This document shows, piece after piece, positions 23,251-34,104 of a stretch of DNA of 64,000 nucleotides (position 1 is its first letter; each line of letters starts with the position of its first letter). A program made the position numbers and the translations under genes. The notes beneath the pieces are model-generated. The model did no database searches. It was not told the origin of the DNA and saw only the letters and a program-made list of their open reading frames with translations. The DNA is taken from positions 115,190-179,189 of the forward strand of contig JACOXU010000001.1 in the NCBI GenBank assembly GCA_016182185.1, written 5' to 3'. Origin of the DNA: Candidatus Levyibacteriota bacterium (GTDB lineage Bacteria; Patescibacteriota; Microgenomatia; Levybacterales; UBA12049).

Positions 23251-24059
23251 TTTTTGCTTCTCATAACACATATATAATCATATGCAAAGAGTAAATGCGC
23301 CGGCCAAAACAATGATAGAGGAAAAAGCCAGACAAAAATGTTATAAACCATATCTTTCCAGCTTAGAATTGGCTTATAGGGAATAATCGCTTCTATATTG
23401 CCTTCAAAGTTGTATTTTTTGAAAATTTTTTTTAAATAATAATAAGTCGGTTCATTTACATGTTGAATCTTATGCAGTTCGTTTCGGGGATCTTTGGGCA
23501 AGTTAGGATAGTCTTTTCCTTTGAATAATTTATTAACAAAAATAATTAAACTACTTACTGGATAGACATAAAACATGTGAGTAAAATTAAGATAAATTTT
23601 ATTTGCTTCTGTGTGAACTAGAAGTAGACCATCTTTTTTGAGAATTTTTGAGATATTTCTAATTACAATTTCTAGTTCTTCCGGGTACAAATGCTCAAAT
23701 AAATCTATTGCTACAATGATGTCGAATTCATTTTTCTTATATTTTATTTTTTTTGCATCTTGAATATAAAACTTTACTTTACCTTCGATTTTTCCTGCTA
23801 CTGATAACTTCTTCTTTGCCAAATTTATCGCGTCTTTAGAATAATCAATGCCCACAACTTCAGCTCCCATTTTTCCCAAATATATCGATAGGTCTCCGTT
23901 CCCGCATCCGAGATCAAGTATCTTTTTGTGATTGAAATTTTTGATCGGGTTAAAGAGCTTTTTAAATCTATTACTGATCTGTCCTTCATTAGTTATTGTC
24001 GAACAATTACTTAAATAATAATCTTTTGTGTAAATATCAGGATTAATTTGTCTTCCCAT
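23247..24059 (-). CDS. class I SAM-dependent methyltransferase
   Basis: ILDLGCGNG, GIDYS, FEHL. Start at 24059 preferred over 24086. Confidence 0.85.
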   Translation of the reverse strand: MGRQINPDIYTKDYYLSNCSTITNEGQISNRFKKLFNPIKNFNHKKILDLGCGNGDLSIYLGKMGAEVVGIDYSKDAINLAKKKLSVAGKIEGKVKFYIQDAKKIKYKKNEFDIIVAIDLFEHLYPEELEIVIRNISKILKKDGLLLVHTEANKIYLNFTHMFYVYPVSSLIIFVNKLFKGKDYPNLPKDPRNELHKIQHVNEPTYYYLKKIFKKYNFEGNIEAIIPYKPILSWKDMVYNIFVWLFPLSLFWPAHLLFAYDYICVMRSKK

Positions 24060-25272
24060 AAAGAACTTTATATGAAAAAAAAGCAAAAACTGGGACTGAT
24101 AAAAGAGTTCCTATAAGCGCCGAAATTCCAGCTCCCAATATTCCAAAAGAAAGAACTAACGGCACTATTGTAATAATTAAACCAAAAATACTTACAAATG
24201 TTGCTGCTGTTACATATTCCTGCTTATTAACGGACAGAAACAATGCGGCAGTTGAACCAAAAATTGACCTTACTACTCCAAAAACAGCAAGAATACGAAG
24301 AACAGGAATAATTGGAGCCCATTGATCGCCAAGTAAAATAAAGACTGCATCTTTTGCGAAAAAGAAAAGCATAACTCCGATAGAAATGCTCAGTAATGAA
24401 ATAAAAAATAAAGTTTTTGCAAAGGCTTTTTTTAATCTTTCTCTATCTTCCGAAATTTTAGAGTAAACAGGAAAGACTACTTTTTGCACAACATCTGCAA
24501 CTTCTGTAATAGGGAGTAGTGAAATTCGATAAGCCATTTCGTAAAAACCTAAGGAAGTAGCTCCAAGAATTTTACCTACGACAATGTTGTCTAAATTATA
24601 ATACAAATAATTAAAAATTCCTCCCAACGTAACCCACTTTCCTCTATGAAAAATTTTAAAAAGATAATCTCTGTTAAAAGACAAATAGGGCACGGGTTTA
24701 ATGATTAGAAAAGATAAAATAACCTCTAGGATCACTCCTGCAAGTATTCCAAATACTAAGGCAAGTACGCTTCTTGTAAAAAAGGCAAAAATAATTGTTA
24801 CTAAGGCATCGAAAAAAAATATTGATGATCTGTAATAAAATTCTTTATGAAACTCAAGATACTTTTGGAATTTTACAGAGGATGGATTTATAAAACCTCT
24901 TATAATAGGGACTATGCTGATAAGCTGAAGCAGAATCCTAGAATCTGGAGACTTAAAAAAACTTGAAACAAAAGAAGCAGATAAAAAAATAATTGACCCG
25001 ATCAAAAAACCTCTAATAATTGATACAATCCACGCGGAATTTAAATATTTTTTAATATCATCTTTCTCTTGAATAAGTAAAACATTTACGCCTGTCTCAG
25101 TAAAGACTTCAAGAAGAGACGTAGCTAGAATTGCAATACCAAAAATTCCAAATTGAGAAGGTGTTAATATTCTTGCAAGTATTAATGTTCGCAGAAATGA
25201 AATTCCGCGAGTAAAAATACGAAGGAAACCAACCCATCCGACACCTTTTATGGTGTCTTTTGTGTAACCCAT
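24043..25272 (-). CDS. Wzx/WzxC-like polysaccharide flippase
   Basis: LARILTPSQFG, D-N-IVVGK-LG---LG-Y pattern; about 12 TMs. Confidence 0.88.
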   Translation of the reverse strand: MGYTKDTIKGVGWVGFLRIFTRGISFLRTLILARILTPSQFGIFGIAILATSLLEVFTETGVNVLLIQEKDDIKKYLNSAWIVSIIRGFLIGSIIFLSASFVSSFFKSPDSRILLQLISIVPIIRGFINPSSVKFQKYLEFHKEFYYRSSIFFFDALVTIIFAFFTRSVLALVFGILAGVILEVILSFLIIKPVPYLSFNRDYLFKIFHRGKWVTLGGIFNYLYYNLDNIVVGKILGATSLGFYEMAYRISLLPITEVADVVQKVVFPVYSKISEDRERLKKAFAKTLFFISLLSISIGVMLFFFAKDAVFILLGDQWAPIIPVLRILAVFGVVRSIFGSTAALFLSVNKQEYVTAATFVSIFGLIITIVPLVLSFGILGAGISALIGTLLSVPVFAFFSYKVLYGKTN

Positions 25273-25293
25273 AGATGAATTATATCAGGCTTA

Positions 25294-27846
25294 TTATTTA
25301 ATATAAACTGAGGTTGTTAACGGAGATGGTATAAGAGCAGAAAAATAATAGTCAATATCATCTCCTACAAAATAAAATAATCTTAAATCAGGGCTAAAAA
25401 CTACAAGTTTTTTATAATTATCTCTCTCAATTCTTTTCATCAAATCCTTTTTGGAAGAATTTTTCAAAATTTGTGATTCAATTTCACCATTTGTCATTAC
25501 TATAATAGAAGGTAACTTTTTGCTCTTACTATCCACAATTTCGTATTTATATATATAATTCATTTTCACGCTGTGTTGACTATAGTAAAATTCCTTTTGA
25601 ATGATATCCGGAATACCTTGATAAATAGGAACGTTTTCAATTCCAATCGTACTACCTTTTTGAATATTTTTAAAAATCCATTGAGAAGAAATTTCCTGAG
25701 GGCTTTTAATTAGCTTTAAATGTACCCATACAAATGAATTATAAATCTGAACGATTACAATAAAAGTAAGCCCTATTACCACTAATTTAGATCTGCTTAT
25801 TTTAACTTTATTCAAAAATAAAGAAGATATTAATACTAGAAAAGGAAGCAGAACAAGACTCCTGTTTCCCCCTCCAAAAATATTTAATGGAAGTATACTT
25901 ATTAAAAACATTAATCCTGCAATCAATATAAAGAATTCAATTTTGAATTTTTTTACACCAACTTTTAGAAATATATAAACCCAGAACAAAATTGAAATTA
26001 TAGATAGTAAAAATAATCCGTGTCCGAAGATAATTGGATAATGGTTAAAGAATAAATATTGATAGACGTTTTTTCCAGGATTTAATACGAGAAGCGATTT
26101 TGAAGCAGTAAAAACATCATTTTTTAGACTAGTAAAAAAATACCCCCGTCCAAACAATGCATCAGGCATTCCAAAAATCACAGCTATACTGATAAAAAAT
26201 AAAATTCCTGTAAAAAGGCATTTGAAATTTTTTCTCCAAAAGGGAAAGAATAAAAAGTATAAAATAATATAGATTGGCAAAAGAGGAAATGCTGTTATTT
26301 TTACACTCACGGCAAGAGCCGGAGGAATTGCAGATAGTAAGTAATTAAGATAAGTAGGATTTCTCGTAAAATATATGAAAGAAAAAATAGATAAATTAAT
26401 CCAAAAAAGAAGTGCAATATCGTATTTAAAATAATTACTTAACAATAAAAAAATAGGGTTAAAAATGAATAAAAATAACGTTATCTTTTTTGAAATATCA
26501 AGAAGTTTTGCTATCCGATATATAATAAAGATCGATAAGACTCCCCAAATGATAGTACTTATTCTTAATATTTCAAAAATACGTTCTCTCATCATCCAAT
26601 CATTTATCTGCAAATTAAACGGATCTATTATTTTAAACAGCACAAAAGGCATAAGATATATTCCCGAAATAACGAAATGAAGCATTGTCCCCCAGGCAGA
26701 TCCCGATACATTTGGAGTTGCATATTTGAATGTTGTCCAGACAGCTCGAAGCTGATGCCATTCATCCATATGATAGGGGAAAGGATGATTTCTGTTGGGA
26801 ATCCCCCACCTAAGAACCGTAATCATTAATGAAATATAGACAATAATGACCAAAAACAGAAATTTATTCTCTCTCATATACTTAAACAGATTAAATTTTT
26901 TAATTAGGGTCACCAATCCAATCAATGATCCTGATAAAATCGCAAGATCGGCTGTTAACTGAAGAATTGGAAGAATGTATAAGGCTCTTAAGTCTTTTAT
27001 ATATTTATAGTTTTTATGAATTGACCAGATCAGATATAGAAAAAATATAGAAAAAATAAAAAAACCTCCGATTAATGACTTGTAAAATAAAACCAGAAGC
27101 AATAAATAAAATAACAGGAAATAACGAAGAAATACCAAGGGAACATTTGATCGTAATATTTGTGCTTTTAGATCATTTTTGGCAAACTTAAAAAACATGA
27201 TAAAAGACTGCCAAAGATTATTTCTTGGAATCCAATGTATAATTGCGTTTTTTTGAAAGGAGATTTTAAAACCGTACTTTTTAATTTTTTGTGCGAAATC
27301 AAAATCCTCACTTACATCCAAATCTTCCCTAAATCCGCCGATTTTAGCCCATACTTCTTTTTTAAATGCCATTGATCTTGCTGCTGGTAAAAATTCACCG
27401 GGTTTTATTTTATCATCCATGACTAGAACATATGGAATAAGACACTTCTGAAATAAATTTCTCGCCAGTCCTTTATAATAACCGGAAACTACATCTATTT
27501 TCGAATCAGTAAAAGGTTTAATAATATTCTCTATCCATCTTTTATCTAGTACACATCCAGAATCACTCGATAGAATGATCTCTCCCGTTGCCCTTCTTAT
27601 TGCTTCGTTTCTTCCCTTTGGTATATTTCCTTTTTTGGTGGCAAGAATAAATTTTATCTTTCTTAATATTTTTTGATATTTGATATTTGATATTTGATAT
27701 TTGATATTTTCGATCGTACGATCAGTGCTTCCGCCATCAATAATAATTATTTCGTCTGGTAATCTCGTTTGAAAAAGAAGTGAAATTATTAATTTTTCTA
27801 TATTTTTCTCTTCATTTAAAACTGTAGCTATGAAACTAATTTTCAT
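25294..27846 (-). CDS. fusion of GT2 and a GT-C membrane domain
   Basis: TVLNEE, IDGGSTD, SDSG, SEDFDF, then polytopic with HMDE and KYD. Start at 27846 follows a TATAAT box. Confidence 0.8.
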   Translation of the reverse strand: MKISFIATVLNEEKNIEKLIISLLFQTRLPDEIIIIDGGSTDRTIENIKYQISNIKYQKILRKIKFILATKKGNIPKGRNEAIRRATGEIILSSDSGCVLDKRWIENIIKPFTDSKIDVVSGYYKGLARNLFQKCLIPYVLVMDDKIKPGEFLPAARSMAFKKEVWAKIGGFREDLDVSEDFDFAQKIKKYGFKISFQKNAIIHWIPRNNLWQSFIMFFKFAKNDLKAQILRSNVPLVFLRYFLLFYLLLLVLFYKSLIGGFFIFSIFFLYLIWSIHKNYKYIKDLRALYILPILQLTADLAILSGSLIGLVTLIKKFNLFKYMRENKFLFLVIIVYISLMITVLRWGIPNRNHPFPYHMDEWHQLRAVWTTFKYATPNVSGSAWGTMLHFVISGIYLMPFVLFKIIDPFNLQINDWMMRERIFEILRISTIIWGVLSIFIIYRIAKLLDISKKITLFLFIFNPIFLLLSNYFKYDIALLFWINLSIFSFIYFTRNPTYLNYLLSAIPPALAVSVKITAFPLLPIYIILYFLFFPFWRKNFKCLFTGILFFISIAVIFGMPDALFGRGYFFTSLKNDVFTASKSLLVLNPGKNVYQYLFFNHYPIIFGHGLFLLSIISILFWVYIFLKVGVKKFKIEFFILIAGLMFLISILPLNIFGGGNRSLVLLPFLVLISSLFLNKVKISRSKLVVIGLTFIVIVQIYNSFVWVHLKLIKSPQEISSQWIFKNIQKGSTIGIENVPIYQGIPDIIQKEFYYSQHSVKMNYIYKYEIVDSKSKKLPSIIVMTNGEIESQILKNSSKKDLMKRIERDNYKKLVVFSPDLRLFYFVGDDIDYYFSALIPSPLTTSVYIK
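27673..27707 (+). repeat. heptamer tandem repeat (TTGATAT)x5 inside the GT2/GT-C fusion
   Basis: Five perfect copies; encodes NIKYQISNIKYQ. Confidence 0.9.
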
Positions 27847-27927
27847 ATATATCGCATTATATAATTTTTCAAATAAGACTGCATATACCAATTGAATTAC
27901 TATAGATATTTACCTATAATTCAACAA

Positions 27928-28632
27928 ATGATAAAAAACATCGATATTATTCTTCCCACATACCATGAGCAAAAAAATATTATCAAAGTTATCAAGGATA
28001 TCAGAAAATTTGTAAAAACCCCAAATATTATTACTGTAGTCATTCAAGATAAAAGTGATCCAACTTTAGAATCTTTGAAAAAAATTAAAAATAAAATAAA
28101 AGATTTAAAAATAATTTTTACTAAGGACGGCATAGGGTTACTAAAGGCACTCAGAGCTGGTTTTTTAAATACAGAATCATCAATTATTGTTACTATGATG
28201 TCTGATTTATCAGACAACCCAAAAGATATCGATAAAATGATGAATAAAATTAATGAAGGTTATGATCTTATCTGCGCATCTCGTTATATTAACCCCGGAA
28301 AAAGAATCGGGGGACCGAAAATTAAGGCAATTTTATCTTTTCTTGCCTGTAAAAGTTTGAATAAATTAATTTCACTACCGACTAACGATGCAACCAATGC
28401 TTATAAATGTTTCAAAAGATCTATGCTTAAAAAAATAAAAATTGAAAGTACTCAAGGATTTGAAATGCCGCTTGAATTAACCCTTAAAGCTTTTTATAAA
28501 GGCTTTAAAATTGTGGACGTACCGACAATTTGGAGAGACAGAGAGCATGGAAGTTCGAAGTTCAAAATTTGGAAAGTCCTCCCTTATTATTTACGCTGGT
28601 ATTTATATGGAATAAGAAAAAAATACTTCTAG
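27928..28632 (+). CDS. GT2, polyprenol-phosphate sugar (DPM1-like) synthase
   Basis: ILPTYHE, MMSDLSD, ASRY, DATNAYK, REHGSSK. TTGAAT-17-TATAAT lies 7 nt before ATG 27928. Confidence 0.8.
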   Translation: MIKNIDIILPTYHEQKNIIKVIKDIRKFVKTPNIITVVIQDKSDPTLESLKKIKNKIKDLKIIFTKDGIGLLKALRAGFLNTESSIIVTMMSDLSDNPKDIDKMMNKINEGYDLICASRYINPGKRIGGPKIKAILSFLACKSLNKLISLPTNDATNAYKCFKRSMLKKIKIESTQGFEMPLELTLKAFYKGFKIVDVPTIWRDREHGSSKFKIWKVLPYYLRWYLYGIRKKYF

Positions 28633-29690
28633 CTGATTTTTTTATACTGATTCCAAATTTTATCAATTCCCTCAAACACTCTAATTTTCGGTTCCCAGCC
28701 AAGATTTTTTTTTACTTTTGATATATCGCTTATATAAATCTTCTGATCGGCAACTCTCCAGGACTTATGGTTAAGCTTTAGTTTTTTTCCTCCTTTATTA
28801 TTCAGATAGTCTATTGTTTCTACAAGACTTAATGTATGATTAATACCTCCGCCGATATTGAAAACTTTTCCCTGAACTTTATTTATATTTTCAAGCTCAA
28901 GTAAATATAACTCGGCAATATCTGAACCAAAGACACAATCTCTAACCTGTTTACCGTCCCCGTAAATATTAAGTGGTTGATCGTTTATCTTTGCTCTTAC
29001 GAACCAATCGAGCCATCCTTGATCCTCAACCCCCTTTTGATATAAACCGTATACACAAGACATTCTATTAACAACCGTTGGAAGACCGTAAATATGAAAA
29101 TATTCCTGACAATACAAATCTCCCGTTGCTTTGGATACGCCGTATGGACTATGCGGAAAATTTCCCGAGCTATCCATGGGAAAATTTTCATTTATCCCCT
29201 TTTCAGTGATTCCCTCCAAAAGCGCTTTTCTAACCCTTTTTTTATTGATTTTTTTGAAATCCCAAGAATAACGTGTACTTTCTTCCCTGACTGGTATTAA
29301 ATTAATTTCTTCGGAATATATTTTATTTGTCGAAGCATATATAAATGGGGTTAGATTTTTTTTTGCATGTTCGAGAATATTTATAGTTCCCTGAGCATTT
29401 GTCTCAAAATCAAAATCCGGCCATTTTATAGACCAGGGAATACCCGGATTTGCGGCCAGATGTATAATTCCGTTTAATTCTTTAGGAAGACGGGCAAGAT
29501 CTTCTTTACTTCTTATATCTCCCCTTATTATCTCTATACCTGAATTTTTTAAAATCTTGGCATTTTCTTCAGTATGAGGACGAATTAAAGAATCAAAAAC
29601 AACCACATTATATCCTCTTTTTTTTGCCTCAAGCGAAATATTTGTCCCAATAAAACCGCAGCCGCCAGTTATAACTATTGTTCTTTTCAT
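28629..29690 (-). CDS. NAD-dependent epimerase, CDP-paratose 2-epimerase (tyvelose epimerase)-like
   Basis: TGGCGFIG, STNKIY, SPYGVSK, EDQGW, GDGKQVRD. Confidence 0.8.
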   Translation of the reverse strand: MKRTIVITGGCGFIGTNISLEAKKRGYNVVVFDSLIRPHTEENAKILKNSGIEIIRGDIRSKEDLARLPKELNGIIHLAANPGIPWSIKWPDFDFETNAQGTINILEHAKKNLTPFIYASTNKIYSEEINLIPVREESTRYSWDFKKINKKRVRKALLEGITEKGINENFPMDSSGNFPHSPYGVSKATGDLYCQEYFHIYGLPTVVNRMSCVYGLYQKGVEDQGWLDWFVRAKINDQPLNIYGDGKQVRDCVFGSDIAELYLLELENINKVQGKVFNIGGGINHTLSLVETIDYLNNKGGKKLKLNHKSWRVADQKIYISDISKVKKNLGWEPKIRVFEGIDKIWNQYKKIS

Positions 29691-29775
29691 TGATGCTTAT
29701 CTTAATAAAAATGAAACAGGATGTAAATAAGTAATATTTATATCAAGTTCTCTTTATGCTAAAATTTGTATATTA

Positions 29776-30414
29776 ATGTTAGAAAATATTATTTACTCGA
29801 AAAGATTTCCAGACAAGAAAAATAGAAACTTATTATGGAAAACGCTGATCAAAAACTTCCTTCAGGAGTTCTTCGACACTAAAGATGTGGTTCTTGATGT
29901 AGGCTGCGGATACGGTGAATTTATTAATAATATTAGTTGTTATAAAAAATACGCTTTAGACATCAATTCCGATGTAGCAAAATTTTTAAATAAGGATGTA
30001 TTTTTTTTAAAAAGTTTTTCATCAAAAATTTCTATCAAAAATAAAATAATTGATAAAATTTTTATAAGTAATTTTTTTGAACACATTACCAAAGATGAAA
30101 TTATTAAAACGATTCAGGAGCTTAAGAGAATTTTAAAACCTGACGGTAAAATAATAATTCTTCAACCAAACATTCGCTTTTGCGGTAAAAATTACTGGAT
30201 GTTTTTCGATCACATTACTCCAATTGATGATAGAGCGTTAATTGAAGCATTTGAAACATTAGGTTTTAAAGTTAACTTAAATATTGAAAAATTTCTGCCC
30301 TTCACAACAAAAAATAATTTGCCTCAGCATCCGGTATTTTTATACATTTACTTAAAACTTCCTTTTCTTTGGAAAATATTCGGTGCTCAAAGTTTGTTAA
30401 TTTTTAATTTGTGA
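29776..30414 (+). CDS. class I SAM-dependent methyltransferase
   Basis: VLDVGCGYG, SNFFEH, RILKPDG, FFDH. Confidence 0.85.
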   Translation: MLENIIYSKRFPDKKNRNLLWKTLIKNFLQEFFDTKDVVLDVGCGYGEFINNISCYKKYALDINSDVAKFLNKDVFFLKSFSSKISIKNKIIDKIFISNFFEHITKDEIIKTIQELKRILKPDGKIIILQPNIRFCGKNYWMFFDHITPIDDRALIEAFETLGFKVNLNIEKFLPFTTKNNLPQHPVFLYIYLKLPFLWKIFGAQSLLIFNL

Positions 30415-32363
30415 CATTTAAAAATCTAGATAAAAAATCGGTGGCTTTTATAAAATTAATAAATCATATTGCTCCCGGACTAGTTATTATTATTTTTTTA
30501 ATTCTAAAGCTTCTACTGGTTGGAAATCAATTTGCAAATGGAATATTTATTGAAAATACACTTGACTTTTCTTGGCAATCAGACGTTTCGGAGAGGCTAT
30601 TACATGGATATCTAGCAGGTCGAGATTTTATATTTACCTACGGTCCTCTTTATCAAGTTCTTCAATCCCTTCCCTCTTTATTCTTCAATCTCCCATCGTA
30701 CGTTTCCGTGCTTCTTTTTCCTCTAACACTAAGTTTAGTAAATTACATAATTTTATACTATATATTAAGACAAGTTCTTAGAAACGCGGTCATTCTACCA
30801 TTTGTTATTATTTTGACCCTAGTGACTTTTATTTTCCCCATAGATGAGAACACCCTGATCAGATTACTTGTACCAATAACTTTTTCTTTAATTTATTACA
30901 GATTTTCATTTTTGAAAAATTCTTTAGATACTAATAAACTGTTAATATTGTTTTTACCTTCATTTTTGGGATTGTATACTTTTGACCTTTTCATCACAGC
31001 AAGCATTATACTTTTCTTCTTTTTACTATGTGAAACATATTTAAGTCTGTCTAAAAAAACAAAAAAAAGTTATTTATTTGTTGCTAAAAAAATTTTATTA
31101 ACTTTATTTTTACCAATATTTTTGATTCTAGTATATGAAATTTTGGTGAGTTTGATTCTAAGTAAAAACCTGAATTACGTTATATACTCATTCGATGCAG
31201 TGAAGAATTACCAATATATTATGAACATTCCTTTCTCTACCCATCAAAATTACTATCCAGTGCTTATTCCTGCTTTGCTAATATTTGCACTATTTATTTC
31301 TTTCAAAGAAAAATTGTTTACAAAAGAGCAAAAATTTATAATAATTATCTTATTTTTTACTGCAATCCTTCAGTTGAAATCTCTTCTCGTAAGATCGGAT
31401 GACTCACATATTTTTCAAGGAACATATCCTAGTTTAATAATTCTTACTCTTATACTTTATCTGTGGTTCAAGAAATTGAAAAAAACTTATTTACTATTTC
31501 TGCTTGTAGTATTTACTTTCCTATTTTCAAATACAAGTTTATTTCCATTATCAAGTGCTAAAAATATCGAAAACTACAAATTAATAAACAAGAATATTTC
31601 ATTTTTTCAGATCTATAAACTACTTGATAATTATTATCTCACAGAAGATGACTTTGATTATTTTTCAAAATTAATAAACAATAATCCGGGAAATGTTATG
31701 ATTTATCCCTACGATACATATATATTAAATATTAATAATCAAACATTTAATACCCTTCCCCTTCAATTCTATGCCTACTCAAATTCAAGAGTAGAAAAAG
31801 ATGCAGTTAATAAACTTGCTCAAGCTCCGCCAAGGTTCATAATCTTGAGCATTGATACGAAAACGGCTGTAAATCTTGATGATATTCCAAATTTTTCCAG
31901 AAATCCGCTTATTATCAAATGGATTATAAATAACTATTATGTTTATGATGACCGAGGAAATCATTTGGTGCTGAGATTTAACCCTGACAAAAAAAATAAA
32001 GCAGCACATATTCCAGACTGCAGTGTATATGAAATTGACACGCGTGAAATAATGAAATCAAATATTCTGGAAAATATTTTTAAAACATCAGCTTATTACC
32101 TGGAACAAAAAAACAAAAAAAATATCAGACTACCTTATACATCAAATACGCCCAATGTTCTGATTTTTGAAAATTTTGATAACTTAAAAGAAATTAGAAA
32201 TATTATCGAAGACAATATAAACTTTGAAAAATATTACTCTTCAAGGAAGGACTTGAAAATTATAAAAAAATATCCTGTTCCGGGATTTCAAAAAGAATAT
32301 AATAGATTTAATGTGAAATGTTTTGAAAGTTTTTTAAAAGTTGACGCATTGAAATTGCAATAG
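30411..32363 (+). CDS. polytopic membrane protein, possible GT-C
   Basis: LDFSW...GRDFIFTYGPL loop, RSDDSH, many TMs, soluble C-terminus. Confidence 0.55.
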   Translation: MTFKNLDKKSVAFIKLINHIAPGLVIIIFLILKLLLVGNQFANGIFIENTLDFSWQSDVSERLLHGYLAGRDFIFTYGPLYQVLQSLPSLFFNLPSYVSVLLFPLTLSLVNYIILYYILRQVLRNAVILPFVIILTLVTFIFPIDENTLIRLLVPITFSLIYYRFSFLKNSLDTNKLLILFLPSFLGLYTFDLFITASIILFFFLLCETYLSLSKKTKKSYLFVAKKILLTLFLPIFLILVYEILVSLILSKNLNYVIYSFDAVKNYQYIMNIPFSTHQNYYPVLIPALLIFALFISFKEKLFTKEQKFIIIILFFTAILQLKSLLVRSDDSHIFQGTYPSLIILTLILYLWFKKLKKTYLLFLLVVFTFLFSNTSLFPLSSAKNIENYKLINKNISFFQIYKLLDNYYLTEDDFDYFSKLINNNPGNVMIYPYDTYILNINNQTFNTLPLQFYAYSNSRVEKDAVNKLAQAPPRFIILSIDTKTAVNLDDIPNFSRNPLIIKWIINNYYVYDDRGNHLVLRFNPDKKNKAAHIPDCSVYEIDTREIMKSNILENIFKTSAYYLEQKNKKNIRLPYTSNTPNVLIFENFDNLKEIRNIIEDNINFEKYYSSRKDLKIIKKYPVPGFQKEYNRFNVKCFESFLKVDALKLQ

Positions 32364-33624
32364 AATAAACTCCTAGAGGAGCAATATGAACCAGCAATCT
32401 TTCTATGGAACTCTCGGGTGTATTCCTTGCAGTGAAAATATACATAAAGATGTAAGCTCCTAATTGTGACAAAATAATAATATTCAATATCTTTGATGTT
32501 TCATTTCTGGGAACTTTCATGAGAAGTGACGCAAAATAAGAAACCCAAAGTAAATTCCAACTTTTTATATTTACCAGTTCTTTCAAAGTTCCCCAAATTG
32601 CGTTCAACGTTTTACCCCATGTCATTTCAAGTGGATGAGCGGAAATATAAGTATATTTTAAATTATTAAATTTTTTATATATCTCCCAATCTAGAAAGAA
32701 AATAATCCAAATGATAAAAAATTTTAACTGATGATAAATCTTTTTCATATGAATATTAAATATTGCAATAACACTTATTGCTACAGCAGTAAACAACCCT
32801 TCGGGTTTAACAAGAATAGTGATTCCGAGAAATATGTTTAAGGATAAAAGAAATTTAGCCGAGCTATTCTTTAAGTATTCAATAAGAAATATTGTAGAAA
32901 TAAATATGTAGTATCCCAGGGGTAAATCGGCTTGCCCGGCTTCCAATCTGCCTCCTTGTCTTACAAAAGTCTGGATTGTCATTAACAAAAAAGTGAATAA
33001 AAGAGCATAAGTTAAGCTAAATTTATTTTTCAAAACAGAAAATAATCCTATGGCAAGAAAAATATAAAAAGCAAATGATGTTAATAAAACTGCGCTGTCA
33101 TCAACTTTTCCTAATATTAAATAAATAAAAGTGTTTAAAAGACTTATAATTAATGGGTAATCTGATTTCACGTAGTTTAACGCCAACGAATTTATCTTCC
33201 CGTCTATAAAAAATAATTTTGCCCTAAGAAGCCAGATTGCCCACCCATCCCAGACTGTTACGGGACGAAGCAAGACTTCGAAAAAAACGTACGATACTGT
33301 AATTAATATCATAATAATAAAAACTATATGAATTGGTTCAGTTTTTTTTGTTCTTAAAAATTTAAAGCTCATTTTTTTCATATTTTTAAATAAAAATAAA
33401 ACTATTAAAATAATCCAGGGAAAAATTAAAGACTCCTTACTCCATGAAATATTAAATCTTGAATAAAGATAGAGCTGTAAAGATATCAATCCCGCACCTA
33501 GCCCATAAGAACATCCAATAGTAAATAAAACCATTTTTTTTGGAAGTAAAGTAAATAATCTTATAACTACATATCCAACAAAGGACATAAATAAGATTGT
33601 AATTAAAACAATAAAAATATTCAT
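32308..33624 (-). CDS. GT-C fold membrane glycosyltransferase
   Basis: WDGWAIW, DYP, ADLP, KPEG motifs. Confidence 0.65.
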   Translation of the reverse strand: MNIFIVLITILFMSFVGYVVIRLFTLLPKKMVLFTIGCSYGLGAGLISLQLYLYSRFNISWSKESLIFPWIILIVLFLFKNMKKMSFKFLRTKKTEPIHIVFIIMILITVSYVFFEVLLRPVTVWDGWAIWLLRAKLFFIDGKINSLALNYVKSDYPLIISLLNTFIYLILGKVDDSAVLLTSFAFYIFLAIGLFSVLKNKFSLTYALLFTFLLMTIQTFVRQGGRLEAGQADLPLGYYIFISTIFLIEYLKNSSAKFLLSLNIFLGITILVKPEGLFTAVAISVIAIFNIHMKKIYHQLKFFIIWIIFFLDWEIYKKFNNLKYTYISAHPLEMTWGKTLNAIWGTLKELVNIKSWNLLWVSYFASLLMKVPRNETSKILNIIILSQLGAYIFMYIFTARNTPESSIERLLVHIAPLGVYSIAISMRQLLKNFQNISH

Positions 33625-34067
33625 TTCCTTTTTAATAATTGAAACCGATTATTTCCTTCAAAATTTTGTACTTTAATAAGTTTATAGTTGTTGCCTGAAA
33701 AATTATTATTAAATATTGCGATGTAATCGTATTTTAAAGTTTTTGCTAAAAAACTAAATTCTTTGATATTTTCAGTAGTATAAATTATTCGAGGGTACAA
33801 ATAATATATCCCCAAATAATAAGTTTTTGCATCATCAGAAAAAATTAAAATATTTGAATTTTTTTCGGTATGGGTTTTAATAAAAATAAAAAAGGGATGA
33901 AGGTTCCCGAAGATTTTTTGCCTTTTTTCAGAGTCTGAAAGAGGAAGCCATGCTTTTGCCTCAGATACTGACTTGACTGCGTTATAAAAAACGCTAAGAA
34001 ATGATAATACAATCCATATAAGAAGCAGGAGCAGTAATATTTTTCTTTTTAAGGAAAGAGGAGTCAT
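33621..34067 (-). CDS. hypothetical membrane-anchored protein
   Basis: N-terminal TM and YYLYP motif; ATGA-coupled to the downstream GT-C. Confidence 0.6.
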   Translation of the reverse strand: MTPLSLKRKILLLLLLIWIVLSFLSVFYNAVKSVSEAKAWLPLSDSEKRQKIFGNLHPFFIFIKTHTEKNSNILIFSDDAKTYYLGIYYLYPRIIYTTENIKEFSFLAKTLKYDYIAIFNNNFSGNNYKLIKVQNFEGNNRFQLLKRK

Positions 34068-34104
34068 TCTTGCTGTTTCAATTATTACTGTATATTATAT
34101 CAGT